DNA from: Chrysomallon squamiferum
Lineage: Eukaryota > Animalia > Mollusca
Reading direction: 5' to 3'
Length of the DNA stretch: 64,000 bases
Assembly (NCBI GenBank): GCA_012295275.1
Contig: CM022665.1
Span: 41,106,001 to 41,170,000 of the forward strand
Notes under the pieces: generated by a model
Seen by the model: only the letters and a program-made list of their open reading frames with translations
What the model was told of the DNA's origin: nothing
The model's database searches: none
Position numbers and translations under genes: made by a program
Shown: positions 30,590 to 41,900 of the stretch, piece after piece
How positions within the stretch are numbered: the stretch's first letter is position 1
Layout: each line of letters opens with the position of its first letter

Positions 30590-31440
30590 GTAAATATAAA
30601 TCTAATTCTTATACACTAGGCCTGCACACAAGCCAGTTACAACTAAATTGTAATGGTTATAAAGTATGTCAAGCGTGAAGGCTAAGTTAATAGTAATACT
30701 TAAACGGATGATAATTACATTAGCTATCATGATCATCATGTAAGTCAGAACATGGGTCATAAGAACATTACATGCACAATATAATTATTTTTTACTATAA
30801 GAGAATTAAAAACAAAACATCTTTGGCTGTACTTCTTAAATTACTTCAAAGTAATTCTATCCCGAGTCTTCGTTGCGTAATTTCATTCATTTGAGACTAA
30901 ATTTATATATGTTTCTGATGATTTTCATCTAATTCTCCCTTTATAGTTTATCAAACACCGCATAGTGAGTGAGAAAACAAACAAAAACAAAAAACTAAAG
31001 CGCTAATCGGAGCAGCTGTTGTAAAGCACGCCTGCGACAGTCACGCTCTCTGCGAAAGCCAGGGGGTGTGTCTGTCGCAGATACACTGCATAAGAACAAG
31101 CACCATTAATGTAGTTGCGACCTAAATCATAATTATGGAACATTCACAATCGCCATCGGACACTGCTATGTAAATTTTTTATTTTGTTTTTGTGTTTACG
31201 GCAGAAGAAAATTACTGCAAATAATAAATTAAAACTCTAACATTTTATATTCTTAATTTAAAGCTCGAGTGTGATCGTTTATAGCAACAAGATTTCATTT
31301 GAAAATATCACTCTAATATACAGCCTCCCAACACCGGCAACTCACCCACAGTTCAGGCTTTAAGGGCTTTTTGAGTATGTCCTATTTTAATCTTATCTAC
31401 TCACCAGCTGTACCTGTGTACTAATTAAAATATACGGCAT
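28553..31440 (-). CDS. GCHFR: GTP cyclohydrolase I feedback regulatory protein (GFRP)
   Basis: Exons 31440-31405, 29243-29149, 28688-28553 give MPYILISTQVQLERGPTTVGDEKSDTQIMNYLGATISRELGNNFPEYKVPDTPRVVMNKLELIGYKVIAMTGIGQTCIWTMHKQQEEK*, colinear with the ~84-aa GFRP family. Confidence 0.96.
29625..30377 (+). mobile_element. Internally deleted Tigger/pogo (Tc1-mariner) element in GCHFR intron 1
   Basis: Imperfect TIRs: left CAGTGGCACCTTGAGTTATGAGT; right (reverse complement) CAGTGGTGCCTTGACTTAAGAGT. Subterminal AAGTTACGAG-like repeats. Remnant CENP-B-type HTH: MDPKKSAKDNAEK*RMMSIELKIEFIEKHERGVHLGDLARLYKHSTCMICTRLK. Flanks are TA/CA dinucleotide runs. Confidence 0.9.
30390..30661. repeat. Spacerless AT-rich palindrome (fold-back), 272 bp
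   Basis: Left arm TATAACCATTACAATTTAGTTGTAACTGGCTTG..TGTGCAGGCCTAGTGTATAAGAATTAGATTTATATTTACATTTATT is the reverse complement of the right arm. The centre is a (TA)n run near 30533, and the left arm has an extra 27 bp. Confidence 0.95.
31032..31080 (+). other. GC-rich 49-nt hairpin with GAAA loop
   Basis: CTGCGACAGTCACGCTCTCTG-CGAAAGC-CAGGGGGTGTGTCTGTCGCAG forms a 21-position stem with one T-T mismatch and three G-T pairs. Confidence 0.75.
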
Positions 31441-31611
31441 TATGTGTTTGTCGATTAATTACGTTGAATATGCAACTTCAGAATACGAATATCAATATAA
31501 GCATATGAAAACAGCTTTGACTGACCACAGATAATAATGCTGAATGAATAAAGCGAAATCTTTGGGACTGTGATAGAGGCTAAAAGCCGGACACAAACAG
31601 AAACACGGACC

Positions 31612-31680
<69 letters not shown>
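31612..31680. repeat. (TTA)n microsatellite; an oppositely oriented (TAA)n run is at 32182-32227
   Basis: Direct reading; lies in the GCHFR-RMDN intergenic region. Confidence 0.95.
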
Positions 31681-31682
<2 letters not shown>

Positions 31683-31784
31683 GGTGTTATTGTTACAGCC
31701 GCCATTGTTGTTAACAGACTGAAACATTTTTTTTAATGTTTTTTAACCAAATTGTTGTCTATCTTTCTGTCATTATTATTATTA

Positions 31785-31819
<35 letters not shown>

Positions 31820-32181
31820 ACTGCAACGGTATTAGTTTGTATCTACTGTAATAACAGTAGCAAAAGTATTAGTAACGGAATGATAGTAAATCCTTATATA
31901 GTGAAAAGTGAAAAAACAAACAGCATTTTTACTTCTTTTTTTTAATTATTATTTCTTTTTCCCTTTCTTTCTTCGTCTTCTTTTTTAATGTCTCAAATTC
32001 TTTAATATTTAACATTCATATACATTTAATAAAGTCAATGTTTAACGCGAATGAGTATATCCAGTGCAGACTTTCTTCAGTCATCATATTTACTTACCTT
32101 TTTTAATTTATTAACGATTCAACATTAAATTATTTTACCAGATTCCTCATGTATCTTTTTCTCTTGATAATTTTATTTTTT

Positions 32182-32227
<46 letters not shown>

Positions 32228-32383
32228 GACACTTCGGTTAATATAATAATATTTAATATATTAACATTATTATCCAGGTTTACATAATTATCTCCCTTTT
32301 GTAGACTTTTAACCTGTGGCGTGATATTTTCGGTAACAACATAAGAAACATGGTTTGGAGATCTGTGTAGTTTGTGATTGTTC

Positions 32384-35300
32384 ATGAATTCAGCTGTGAT
32401 TAAGTACAATAAAATGATTTGGAATTTACATATAGGCGGGTTCATTAAGTCACATAGGACGTTGTTTTTAAGTATTAGCACAGGTTTGTTGATCGGATCA
32501 GGAATAACGATTTTGTGTTACCGGTTGCAGAGAGTCGCAAAGGAATTGGAACGCTTGAGCAGTGTTATTGCTCGGCTGGAAACTGAGGTCTCATCACTAA
32601 GACAAACTTTGGAAACACGGCCTGAAAGAAATACAGTGAACCGTCAGTTTTATTCAGTCAGCAGTACTGAGGAAGACGACCTTTTTGTGGATGCAAAATA
32701 CGAGTATGTTGACTGAAATTATGCATTTTGCTATACGCTAGTCTATGACTATGTTAACCTAGGTTGTAGATTAGGTTAAGCTTATTTTCGTTAACCCTAT
32801 CAATAACTACTTTTCGTCGGTTGTGCTAAATTTTACAGCAAACTTTTACTGTACACTTTTATAATTACCATTTTAGATGAGTTCTGATAGCCAAACTAAC
32901 AAAAAAGTCAGAAAGCTTATTTATATTCTTCTTTGGTTTTGGTGTTACCTTAGTGATGACAGTAACTAAAATTAAGAATACCACAAATCTGACATTTGGT
33001 AAAAATAGACAAAATTCTTTTGCTAGCAAGAAGAATAATATTATGACTAACTTCAAAACTTTAAACTTTTAAATTTTATAAACATTATTTCTTTATAATA
33101 AAATTAATTTTATGTACAAAAATATATCTAACCACATTAATTAAACCCCCATTTCTTAAACAGCGAATCCACCCTGTATACCAATACATCTAGGAGAAAT
33201 CATATTTAATTTATGTATTACATTTTAATGTTGAATGTTAATAAATTTAATGATCTGTCACATGACATACACATTTGAAGTTTATCATTTCAATATGTTT
33301 TTTTATTATTATTATTTTTTTTTATATATTGGTCACATTTCAGATAATCTACAGTGACTCTACACATAGCATTTTCCACTTAAATTTGTATGTTGTGTAG
33401 AGTTTGAAAGTGAAAGTGAATTAATTTTTTGAATTGTAAAGCTTTAGTCCGTTAAGTATTCCTGAAATGAGGCAATCTTCGGGCACATTATATTATACAT
33501 TTTTTTTTCTTTTCTAATGTTGATGATTAACTCAAATTGTCAGAGACTAAAAGGAAACAAAAAATTATCTCAGCACACTATAATCTGTGTTGATGTGACA
33601 TCAAACATACATAATATTATTGTTAAAAACAATACAGTAAAAAGAGAAGAAACATGATGCCATTGATAAATATAATATGTTTTGAATAGCAGCAAGAGAT
33701 CTATTTTATAAACACCTTCCCAAAGACAGGAATACACATACCTTGACCTTTGATAGCCCAAAGATTGTGCTGAGGAAAATTGATTGTGTGATTCATCATC
33801 ATATCCTCAGCCAAATGCTCTACCCAGTCTGTGATGGAATAAGGTGATAACATGGTAAAAACATGGCAGGTTTGTTGTGATAAAGAGTGAAAATGCAGTT
33901 TTTAAATTGTTACAATTCTGAGATGTTTTTTATGCTTCTGTTAAATTATTGTCCAAGCATTTTGTTTATGATTATACTCATAGTAGGTACCCATGGTAAG
34001 ATTTTATGTACATATATACATACATGTATTTGGGATCTTAAGAAAGTGGTACATTTGTTCAAGTATTTTTTAAAGGTAACTAGAAAATTCTCTCTCTCTA
34101 TCTCTCTCTCTCTCATAAGTTATATATCTGTGTGTGTGTGTGTGTGTGTATGTTTATCTATCTATCTATCTGTTTATTGGTGTGTCTCTGTATCTACACA
34201 GACACATATAAAGATTTTAATATTTATTCTGGTTTTGAAATGAAAGATTTCTGTAATTCTTCTTTTCCTTTTCCTTCATTTTAATGCATTCAGGTATAGT
34301 TTTGATCTTACATCTGTGTTACGTGTGTTGATTATATTGCTATTATTCCTAATCAAACTAATTTAACTATATTTAAAAAATCTAAGTTTCAGTGTTGATC
34401 CTGAATCGGTTAAAAGTTCCAGAGAAAAATTGTTTGAACTGATAGATTTAGAAACAAAGAAGTTTGAGTTGCAAGACAGGTTTGTTTTGATAAGTTCTGA
34501 AAATTAATAATACTAATAAAATTATATTTTATACATTTTTTTTTGTTAAACATGTTTTTTTGATCATTTTTTTTGTTCTTTTTTTTTGTGTGTGTTATAA
34601 TGTGAAAATCATTTATGCTTCTGTTGGATAACTTTTCAAGCATTATTATCATGGTTATATCTACCTATAACAAATGTGTATATTTAGTGATCTTTTGTTT
34701 AATAATAGATGATAAAGATATTTGGAAAGATAACTATAAAATCTCACTGTCTCTTTCTCTGCATATGTCCATAAGAACTGGAAATGTAATTCATTATACA
34801 TATTTTTATTATATATTTAACTTTTTTTTTTTTCAAGTTTAAACAAAAACAAAACATTTTAATGATTCATTTAATTCTTCTAGCATATATTTGATGCATT
34901 CAAAATACATTTAATATTTTATTTGTTTGTTTGTTTGTTTATTTATATTAATTTTTTTTTTTAAATTTTTTTTAATTTAGACAGAAAAAGATTTTATGAA
35001 TTATTTTAATTCTTAATACATTTGTTTGATGCATTCAGGCTCAGACAGATATCTTTATTATGCATGTTATTAGCTGTTTGGATGTGTTATTGTTATTTCA
35101 CATGAAATTTTATTTTAAAATCTGTATTTCAGTGTTGATATTGAACCACCTACAAAAAGTGAAAAAGATAGAACCTCTGAACTTGAACATCTAGAAGTAA
35201 CAGAGCAGTTTGAATTCCATGAACCAGAACTTCCTCAAACTTCGTCTAGGGATGGATTTTTTATTGATGTGGAACATTTATTTCAGGGAGATGAAAAGAG

Positions 35301-36602
35301 CTATGAGATTGCCTTTCAAATGCTGTCTAATAATGAATCAAAGGTATTGTTCCTTTCTTTTCTATTTACATCTCAATTTATTTTTTCTGATACAGTTTTA
35401 TATGTTATTTTATGCTATTCTGTATTGGTTAGTACTCACAGTCATACCAATGTTAATGCAAAAACTGTACTATTCTGCACTACACTACATTACAATACAC
35501 TGCATAATACCACACCATACCATACAGTACCATACTGTACTGTAAGATGTCATGCCATGCTAATAGTAATACTTGTACTGTTCTCTATGTGCTTGTGTGT
35601 GTTGTGTTTATTTAATTATATACTTACACACACACATATATATATATACACATATATATAATATATGTACATTTTATTTTATATATATATATTGTTTACA
35701 GTACTCGGAAGACTATGAATTTCACTGGAGGATGTCAAAAGCCTGTTACCTTCTGTCAAAGATTGAGAAAACTCGAGGTCAGTTGGATCGAACAAAGGAA
35801 CTTCTTAATGATTCTGTAAATCATGCAGTGACAAGTCTGAAACTGAATGAAAACTGCCCAGAAGCTCATAAATGGTAAAAATAGCTCTCTCTGTTTTCCT
35901 TTTTTTGTATAAACAATATCCAAATTTTTATGTTGTAAATGAAGCCACTGTTCCCAATAAATGTAAGAAATTGTCATATAAAAAAATGGAACAGTATTCT
36001 AGAAAATATTTTACAGTGTTAATGGTTATAATTATAATTATCTAATTTCAGCTGCAATTTTGTACTTTTGTATTAGTTGTAATTACATGATTCACGTATG
36101 GATCCATTAAATTATAATTAATTTATGTTAACAGTCCTTGATATTAAAATGGTCTCTTTTTGACTAATAATAAACATTTTTATTTCTCTCCATCTCTCTT
36201 TCTCCTATTCATAATAATACATTTAGGTTGAACCATAAATGTGTCTGTCTGTCTATCTGTATGTTAGTTAATTTATTTCTGTCTTCCTTTTTAGGAAAGT
36301 TACATATCAATCTTTTGTTACATATCTAAATGGCTAGTCAGATTTTAATTAGTAATAGAAAATAACTAGAGTTGTACGTTGGTTTATACAATTATGCAGT
36401 TTTGTAATTAATTGAATGTAATTTGAAATGGATGACATAATATTAATATTTAAATTTCAGGTATGCGATAAGTTTAGGAAGTTACGGTGATTACCTGAGT
36501 AACCAAGATAAAATCAAAAATGGTTTCAAAATAAAGGTAACATGTATAGATTATAATCCTATAGCATTTATTTTTTATTTTTTTTACATTAGTTAATACC
36601 TG

Positions 36603-36639
<37 letters not shown>

Positions 36640-39600
36640 ATGCCATGAAAATATATTCATTAACAGAGACCATTTTGTTAAAAAAAGAAAGAAAAAGGAA
36701 TCACTATAATTACAGATTTATGAAAAATAAATTTAATATGTATGTATATTTTTATATTTCTGAGTCATACAGATGTTAGACAATACAGACAAATATATAT
36801 ATACAAGAAGAAAAGAGATGAAAACAACATTCTGAGGCTTTCATCCAAAAACAAAACACTAAGGCTACACATAATAATGATGATGATGAAGACAACAGTG
36901 ATCATCATATAAATTTGCCTGTAATTTCTAAAGAAAATAATTATTTATCTTCAATCAACCTGCAGACTTGTCTCTGTGTTGTATTACAGTGTATTCATTT
37001 GATATTTTCTTTTTCATTTGTTTAGGACCATATTCAGAAAGCCATAGAGTTAAATCCAAATGATCCTTTTATTCATCACATGATGGGAAGATGGTCATAC
37101 AGTGTAAGTCCTTTATTCTTTTAAATAAGTCCACTGATTTTGTAATATATATATGTATGTATACATATACATATACATATAAATTTAGATATATTTAAAC
37201 AAGGAGAAGAGAACTAGATGTATTTATTCTGCTTCTGTTTATATGTAAAATAAAAAAATGTGCTAGATGTTTATCTTTGTATGTGTAATAAACATTTTTT
37301 GTTATTTGTAGGTGTACATGTTATCTTGGTTAGATAGAAAGCTGGCAGCAACTTTGATAGCCACTCCACCAGATGCTAAAATAGAGGACGCACTAGAATC
37401 ATTTCTAACAGTAAATATTTTTCTTTTCCAATTTGTTTTTTACCTGTTTGATCTTAGAGATGTTCTAGAGTATTTTGTTTTCTGTTTCTGTAATATTACT
37501 GACTTTAAATGACGACCTCAAACTAATCCCAAATTATCATATTCTGGAAAATCATTTAAAAAGACTTGATATGTCACTTGCATGGAATGAATGATTAGGA
37601 CTTTCAAAAGCATTTAAAATTCTCCTAATTATTTCAGCCCTGAATTAAAATTGAAAAGTAATTTATGAAAATTTAAGAAAAAGAAGAGCAATAATAATAG
37701 TATTTGTTTTTCTAATTATTTTCAGATTAAGAAATATTTTTTTGATTATAAGATTATACAGTTTAAAGTGGTATTAAATTATTTCTAACAGTAACACATT
37801 ACTCATTATTATTAATACTACTATTTTTAATAAAATGATTTTAAAAAATGTTACATTTCTTCAGTAATCAGCTAAAATCATTTGGTCCAAAAACTAGAAT
37901 AATAATTTTTGTACATCTTTATTTATTTAACTGGTTTTATTTTCAGGCAGAAAGGCTAAAACCTGATTCTTGGAAAGAAAACATGTTGTACATTGCTAAG
38001 GTGAGTTTATTTAAATGTGTCAAGCAGAACTTTCTTTTTTTCTTTTCTTTTTTTTGTTCAGAACTTGATGTACAAAACTTGATGTAATTAACCTTCTTCT
38101 GAAAAATAATTATTTTTAGTCATACAAAAAAAAAACTAAAGATTTTAGCCAACTGTTTATCTCTTTAATTGACAGTTGTAATAATGAATTCTTGAAATAA
38201 CTTTTATTTCAGGTTTAATTTTACTTTCTCACTTGTTTTCAGAGTTACATTCAGCTTAAACAATACAGTGACACTGCCAAATGGCTGCAAAGTGCAAGTG
38301 CTGTAGAAGCAAAAACAAATGATGTGAGTAAATATTAATCAATATCATAATTATGCTTTGAGAAACCATGTTGTGGGCTTTTTCCCATTCCAAGCAGGGC
38401 TCTGTTATTGCTTTATCAAAGAATATAGCATATGCTTTTCTTACTATAGGAAGATATCTTGATTGTTACCAGTAAAAGTATGTCATTATACAACAACAAC
38501 AAAAAAATACTATGTGCCTGACACATAATAAGCATTAACATTAAAATGTATTGAAATGTCCTTAAGCAAGTAATTATTCAGTATAACATTATTATATGAA
38601 ACAAGAAATATTATTTGTGACAAACAGGTGTTCTACAATACGTGTATGTAAAACTTTTAAAAACGTATTCACCATTTTGTCATCGTTTTTTCCATTGCTA
38701 TTTGTAATAAATAATTAAATTTCAAACAAATATTTCACCATTTTGTTGAGGTTTCAGTCCATTCCTGCTTGTAACACATAACTGTGGTATCAATGGCCAT
38801 TTTATTCAGTGTGAAATTGTTGCTAATTAATGTGATTAGTCTGTGAAACTGAGTCAGGAAAGTCTTTTCATGTTTTTGGATTGTTGTGATTATTGGGTTA
38901 AAACAAAAGTTCACACTGTTTTGGAAGTGAAATCAAAAAATAATAATTAGATACTTATTATTTAACAAAATTTTATCATTATTACTGGAAAGGAAAAATA
39001 TTTATTTATGTAAAAAAATATTTTGCTTTTTGCTTTCTCTCTTTTTTGTTTTTATTACTGAATTTTGATATTAATAGACCCATATACTGTATAAGTTAAA
39101 AAAAAAAAAAAATGATTTAATTCAGATTACACTGGTTTTGGGTTGTCTTTTTTTTTTATGAATATTAAGAGTTCATCTTTGAAAAAAAATTTATGTACAT
39201 TATTCAGTTCTAAAAAATGAGATGAAAGTTAAATTCATAAATTAATTTCATCAAATTGAATTTATAATGAACTGTTCATATTTGATCTATGTAACACATG
39301 GTGGACCGTTTTCTTTTTAATGATTAAATGAGTGTTCGGCAATAGCTGGGCAAAAAATTAAATTGACTTTTCTATTTTCTTTTTTTTTTTACAGAAATAA
39401 ATATATTCATGAACAAAAGAAAATATTTTTTTCTAATTTTATTTTTATTTTTTTATTATTCTTCACTTAAAATCTGCTTAATTCTGAAGAATTATGTGAT
39501 AACTTGCAACATTTCTTACTATATTTACTCCATTTTGTGTAGCCTTAGACTCTGGAAACACCAAACTCTTTCAACCCAGTCACATTTAAAATGAATAATT

Positions 39601-40057
39601 TCTAATTTTTCTGTGAATTTTGCTGCTTATTTTGATACCAAATACTTGCTAGACAAAATTCTGGATCTTTAGTTAGTTACTAAAGTGTTGCTCAAATTTG
39701 ATTCTTATCTTCTGCAAATGGTTGCTTATGTAAAGTCACAAAATTGCATACCTTCAAACTAAATCATTTAGCAAAATAATTTCATAAAATGTGTCCAATA
39801 TCCATGATTTTCAGTTATCTCTTTTTGTAATAAAGTATATTTCTCTTTATGATTTGAGTTATTTTTGATTGACTAAGTTTGACTTTTTACATACTAATGT
39901 GAAGTTTGACTCTATTTAGACAATCCATTATTAGTGGCATCATGTTAGAGTGTTATTTTGTACCTCTGTCTTTATAAGTAAACAGTGACTTCTTTAATTT
40001 CAGGACATAGAGGTTCAGAAGGAAATAGAAAGTCTGATGGTGAAGTACAAGAGGTGA
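32384..40057 (+). CDS. RMDN3: Regulator of microtubule dynamics protein, RMDN2/RMDN3 (PTPIP51)-like: TM anchor, coiled coil, FFAT-like motif, TPR domain
   Basis: Exons 32384-32703, (34393-34479), 35133-35343, 35702-35874, 36461-36536, 37026-37103, 37312-37410, 37947-38000, 38243-38323, 40004-40057. Motifs EFHWRMSKACY, CPEAHKWYAISLG, KIKNGFKIKDHIQKAIELNPNDP, GRWSYSVYMLSWLDRKLAATL..TPP, AERLKP..WKENMLYIAK. The choice between RMDN2 and RMDN3 is tentative. Confidence 0.9.
33565..33830 (-). mobile_element. Degenerate tRNA-derived SINE with Meta/MESC-like central domain
   Basis: TAGCAGCAAGAGATCTATTTTATAAACACCTTCCCAAAGACAGGAATACACATACC..CCTTTG is a diverged reverse complement of the MetaSINE core as recalled (CAAAGGCCGTGGTATGTGCTATCCTGTCTGTGGG..GTGCATATAAAAGATCCCTTGCTGCTA). 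A tRNA-like GGTAGAGCA is on - near 33820. Confidence 0.65.
35462..35545. repeat. Degenerate pentanucleotide repeat (TACAC/TACCA/TACTG)
   Basis: Direct reading; intronic. Confidence 0.7.
38370..38575 (+). mobile_element. Highly degenerate second copy of the same SINE family
   Basis: TTTTCCCATTCCAAGCAG..TATCAAAG..ATATGCTTTTCTTACTATAGGAAGATATCTTG..TAAAATGTATTGAAATGTCCTTAA follows the same core-to-tail order in the opposite orientation. Confidence 0.4.
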
Positions 40058-40744
40058 TGAGACAATGTCTTTATTTCACTAGTTACAGAAATGTTCACAT
40101 TATATATGTATTTTATATATATATATGTATATTATATATGCATATATATATATATACGCACACACCTTTATACGGTGATATCTTTGAGAATGAAAATATG
40201 GATGCTAAAAATTAAATTACAGGTGACCATTAAGAAGAAATAAAAAGTAAAACAAAAGAATAGCTAGTGTTAAGGACTTTTTGAAAAATGTTTTTATTTT
40301 ATATGCTCTTTAGTAAATAGTGTAAAAAGTTGTAAATAATTAAACTGTTGTAAAAAAATTCATCTTTACAAATTTTAATAGGAAAAGAAAAGGCTTACTG
40401 AAGTTGCCAAATTTATCATTATTTGTTCAATGGCACAAAAATGTCAGGTGCTGTTGGTATCTCAGGTAAACCTGTTGAAAGTTTACTGAAATCAGTTTGC
40501 TTAATACTGGTAACAGCCAAAATAAAAAAATAAAAATTAAAAAAGTATTTGTGACAAATCTTTATTCTGTGATATTTGTATTTAAATATGATCATTTATA
40601 ATCTTCTTCAAATAGATGATTTTTTCGTGGAAGACAATAAACTTTTCGTTTAGAATCTTTGTTTGAAGAAGAAGCATGGTCCCTAAATAAGATATTAAAC
40701 AACTTGTTTTTCTTGCTAAGTTTAATCTAATAATAATAATAATA

Positions 40745-40783
<39 letters not shown>

Positions 40784-41113
40784 GCTTCATTGCAGGTTTT
40801 ATGTATTTTGTATTTATTGTTTTAGCCTACTTTATTTAGGAAAGTGCAGGATTTGTTATTTGTATGTAGATACTTGTTTTTTAAGTACATGCTTATCTGT
40901 GTATGTAAGTGTCATTGGTTATCTTTGTTTTACACTGTTAAGTATCTTGCAAATCCAGAAGAGTACTTTTCTGATTTTGTGATTTTAAAATTCAGTTCAG
41001 TTTTGTTGTTGAAAAATGCTTACTTCTATAACCTACTAACTCACTAACTTGACAATGTCCAAGTTTAGCATGCTTGAATCGTTGTTAGATAATAATAATT
41101 AAAACAATGAACA

Positions 41114-41147
<34 letters not shown>

Positions 41148-41559
41148 AAACAACAACAATAATAATAACAAAAATAATAATAACAATAATAATTACAATA
41201 ATAATTAAAACAATAAATAATATAATAGTAATAATAATAATATTTGTATATTTTCCTTTTAACTATTAAAACATTATAGGATAAAAAAATATATATTATT
41301 AGCAAATACCATTAATTAATAACATCTGTTGATGATCATAAATTCACTGTAAAAAAGTACAACCTAATTCTTTGTAAAGTTTGATGTGAGCTTTCTAAAA
41401 AAAATTAGTACAAATATTTTCATTACCATCCATAAGTAATTGCAACATGTATGTATTCAGAAGAGACTGAAGACATCTGAAAATTAACAGAATGTATCAT
41501 GTATTGAAGTTATTGAATTTTACAGGAGAACTAGAAGTATATGACATACTTCACTTTTA

Positions 41560-41900
41560 CTTGACAAAAACATCCAGTTTGTTGCAAGAACTTTGACAGA
41601 TAACATAACTAACAAAAGGTAACCTTCATCTCAACTGGCCAGCAGTCTGCAACAACTCACTGGTCATCAGTCCACTCCAAAACACTGGTTATTGCATTTG
41701 TCATTACAAGCTAGCATGACTTCTTCATTTGTCTTTTTTTTTTTTTTTTTTTGTCTTTTTTTCTGAGATTCTTCTTCTTTCTTTTTTTTCTTAATCATTT
41801 CAGTGAAAATCTGAGACTAATTCATCACTTGTCATATATCTCTTGGGATTGCTGTTTATTTTCAGTCTTTGTTGATTTTTAAATTAGACCCATTGTCTTA
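41560..41900 (-). mobile_element. Possible decayed C-terminus of a pogo/DDE-1-type transposase
   Basis: Minus-strand fragments NPKRYMTSDELV / IFTEMIKKKKKEEESQKKRQK / CNNQCFGVD, with stops and frameshifts. Pattern similarity only. Confidence 0.3.

Noticed and set aside
31612-32227. Inverted (TTA)n and (TAA)n tracts as a fold-back element
   Set aside because: These microsatellites are abundant across the window and no unique flanking sequence is inverted.
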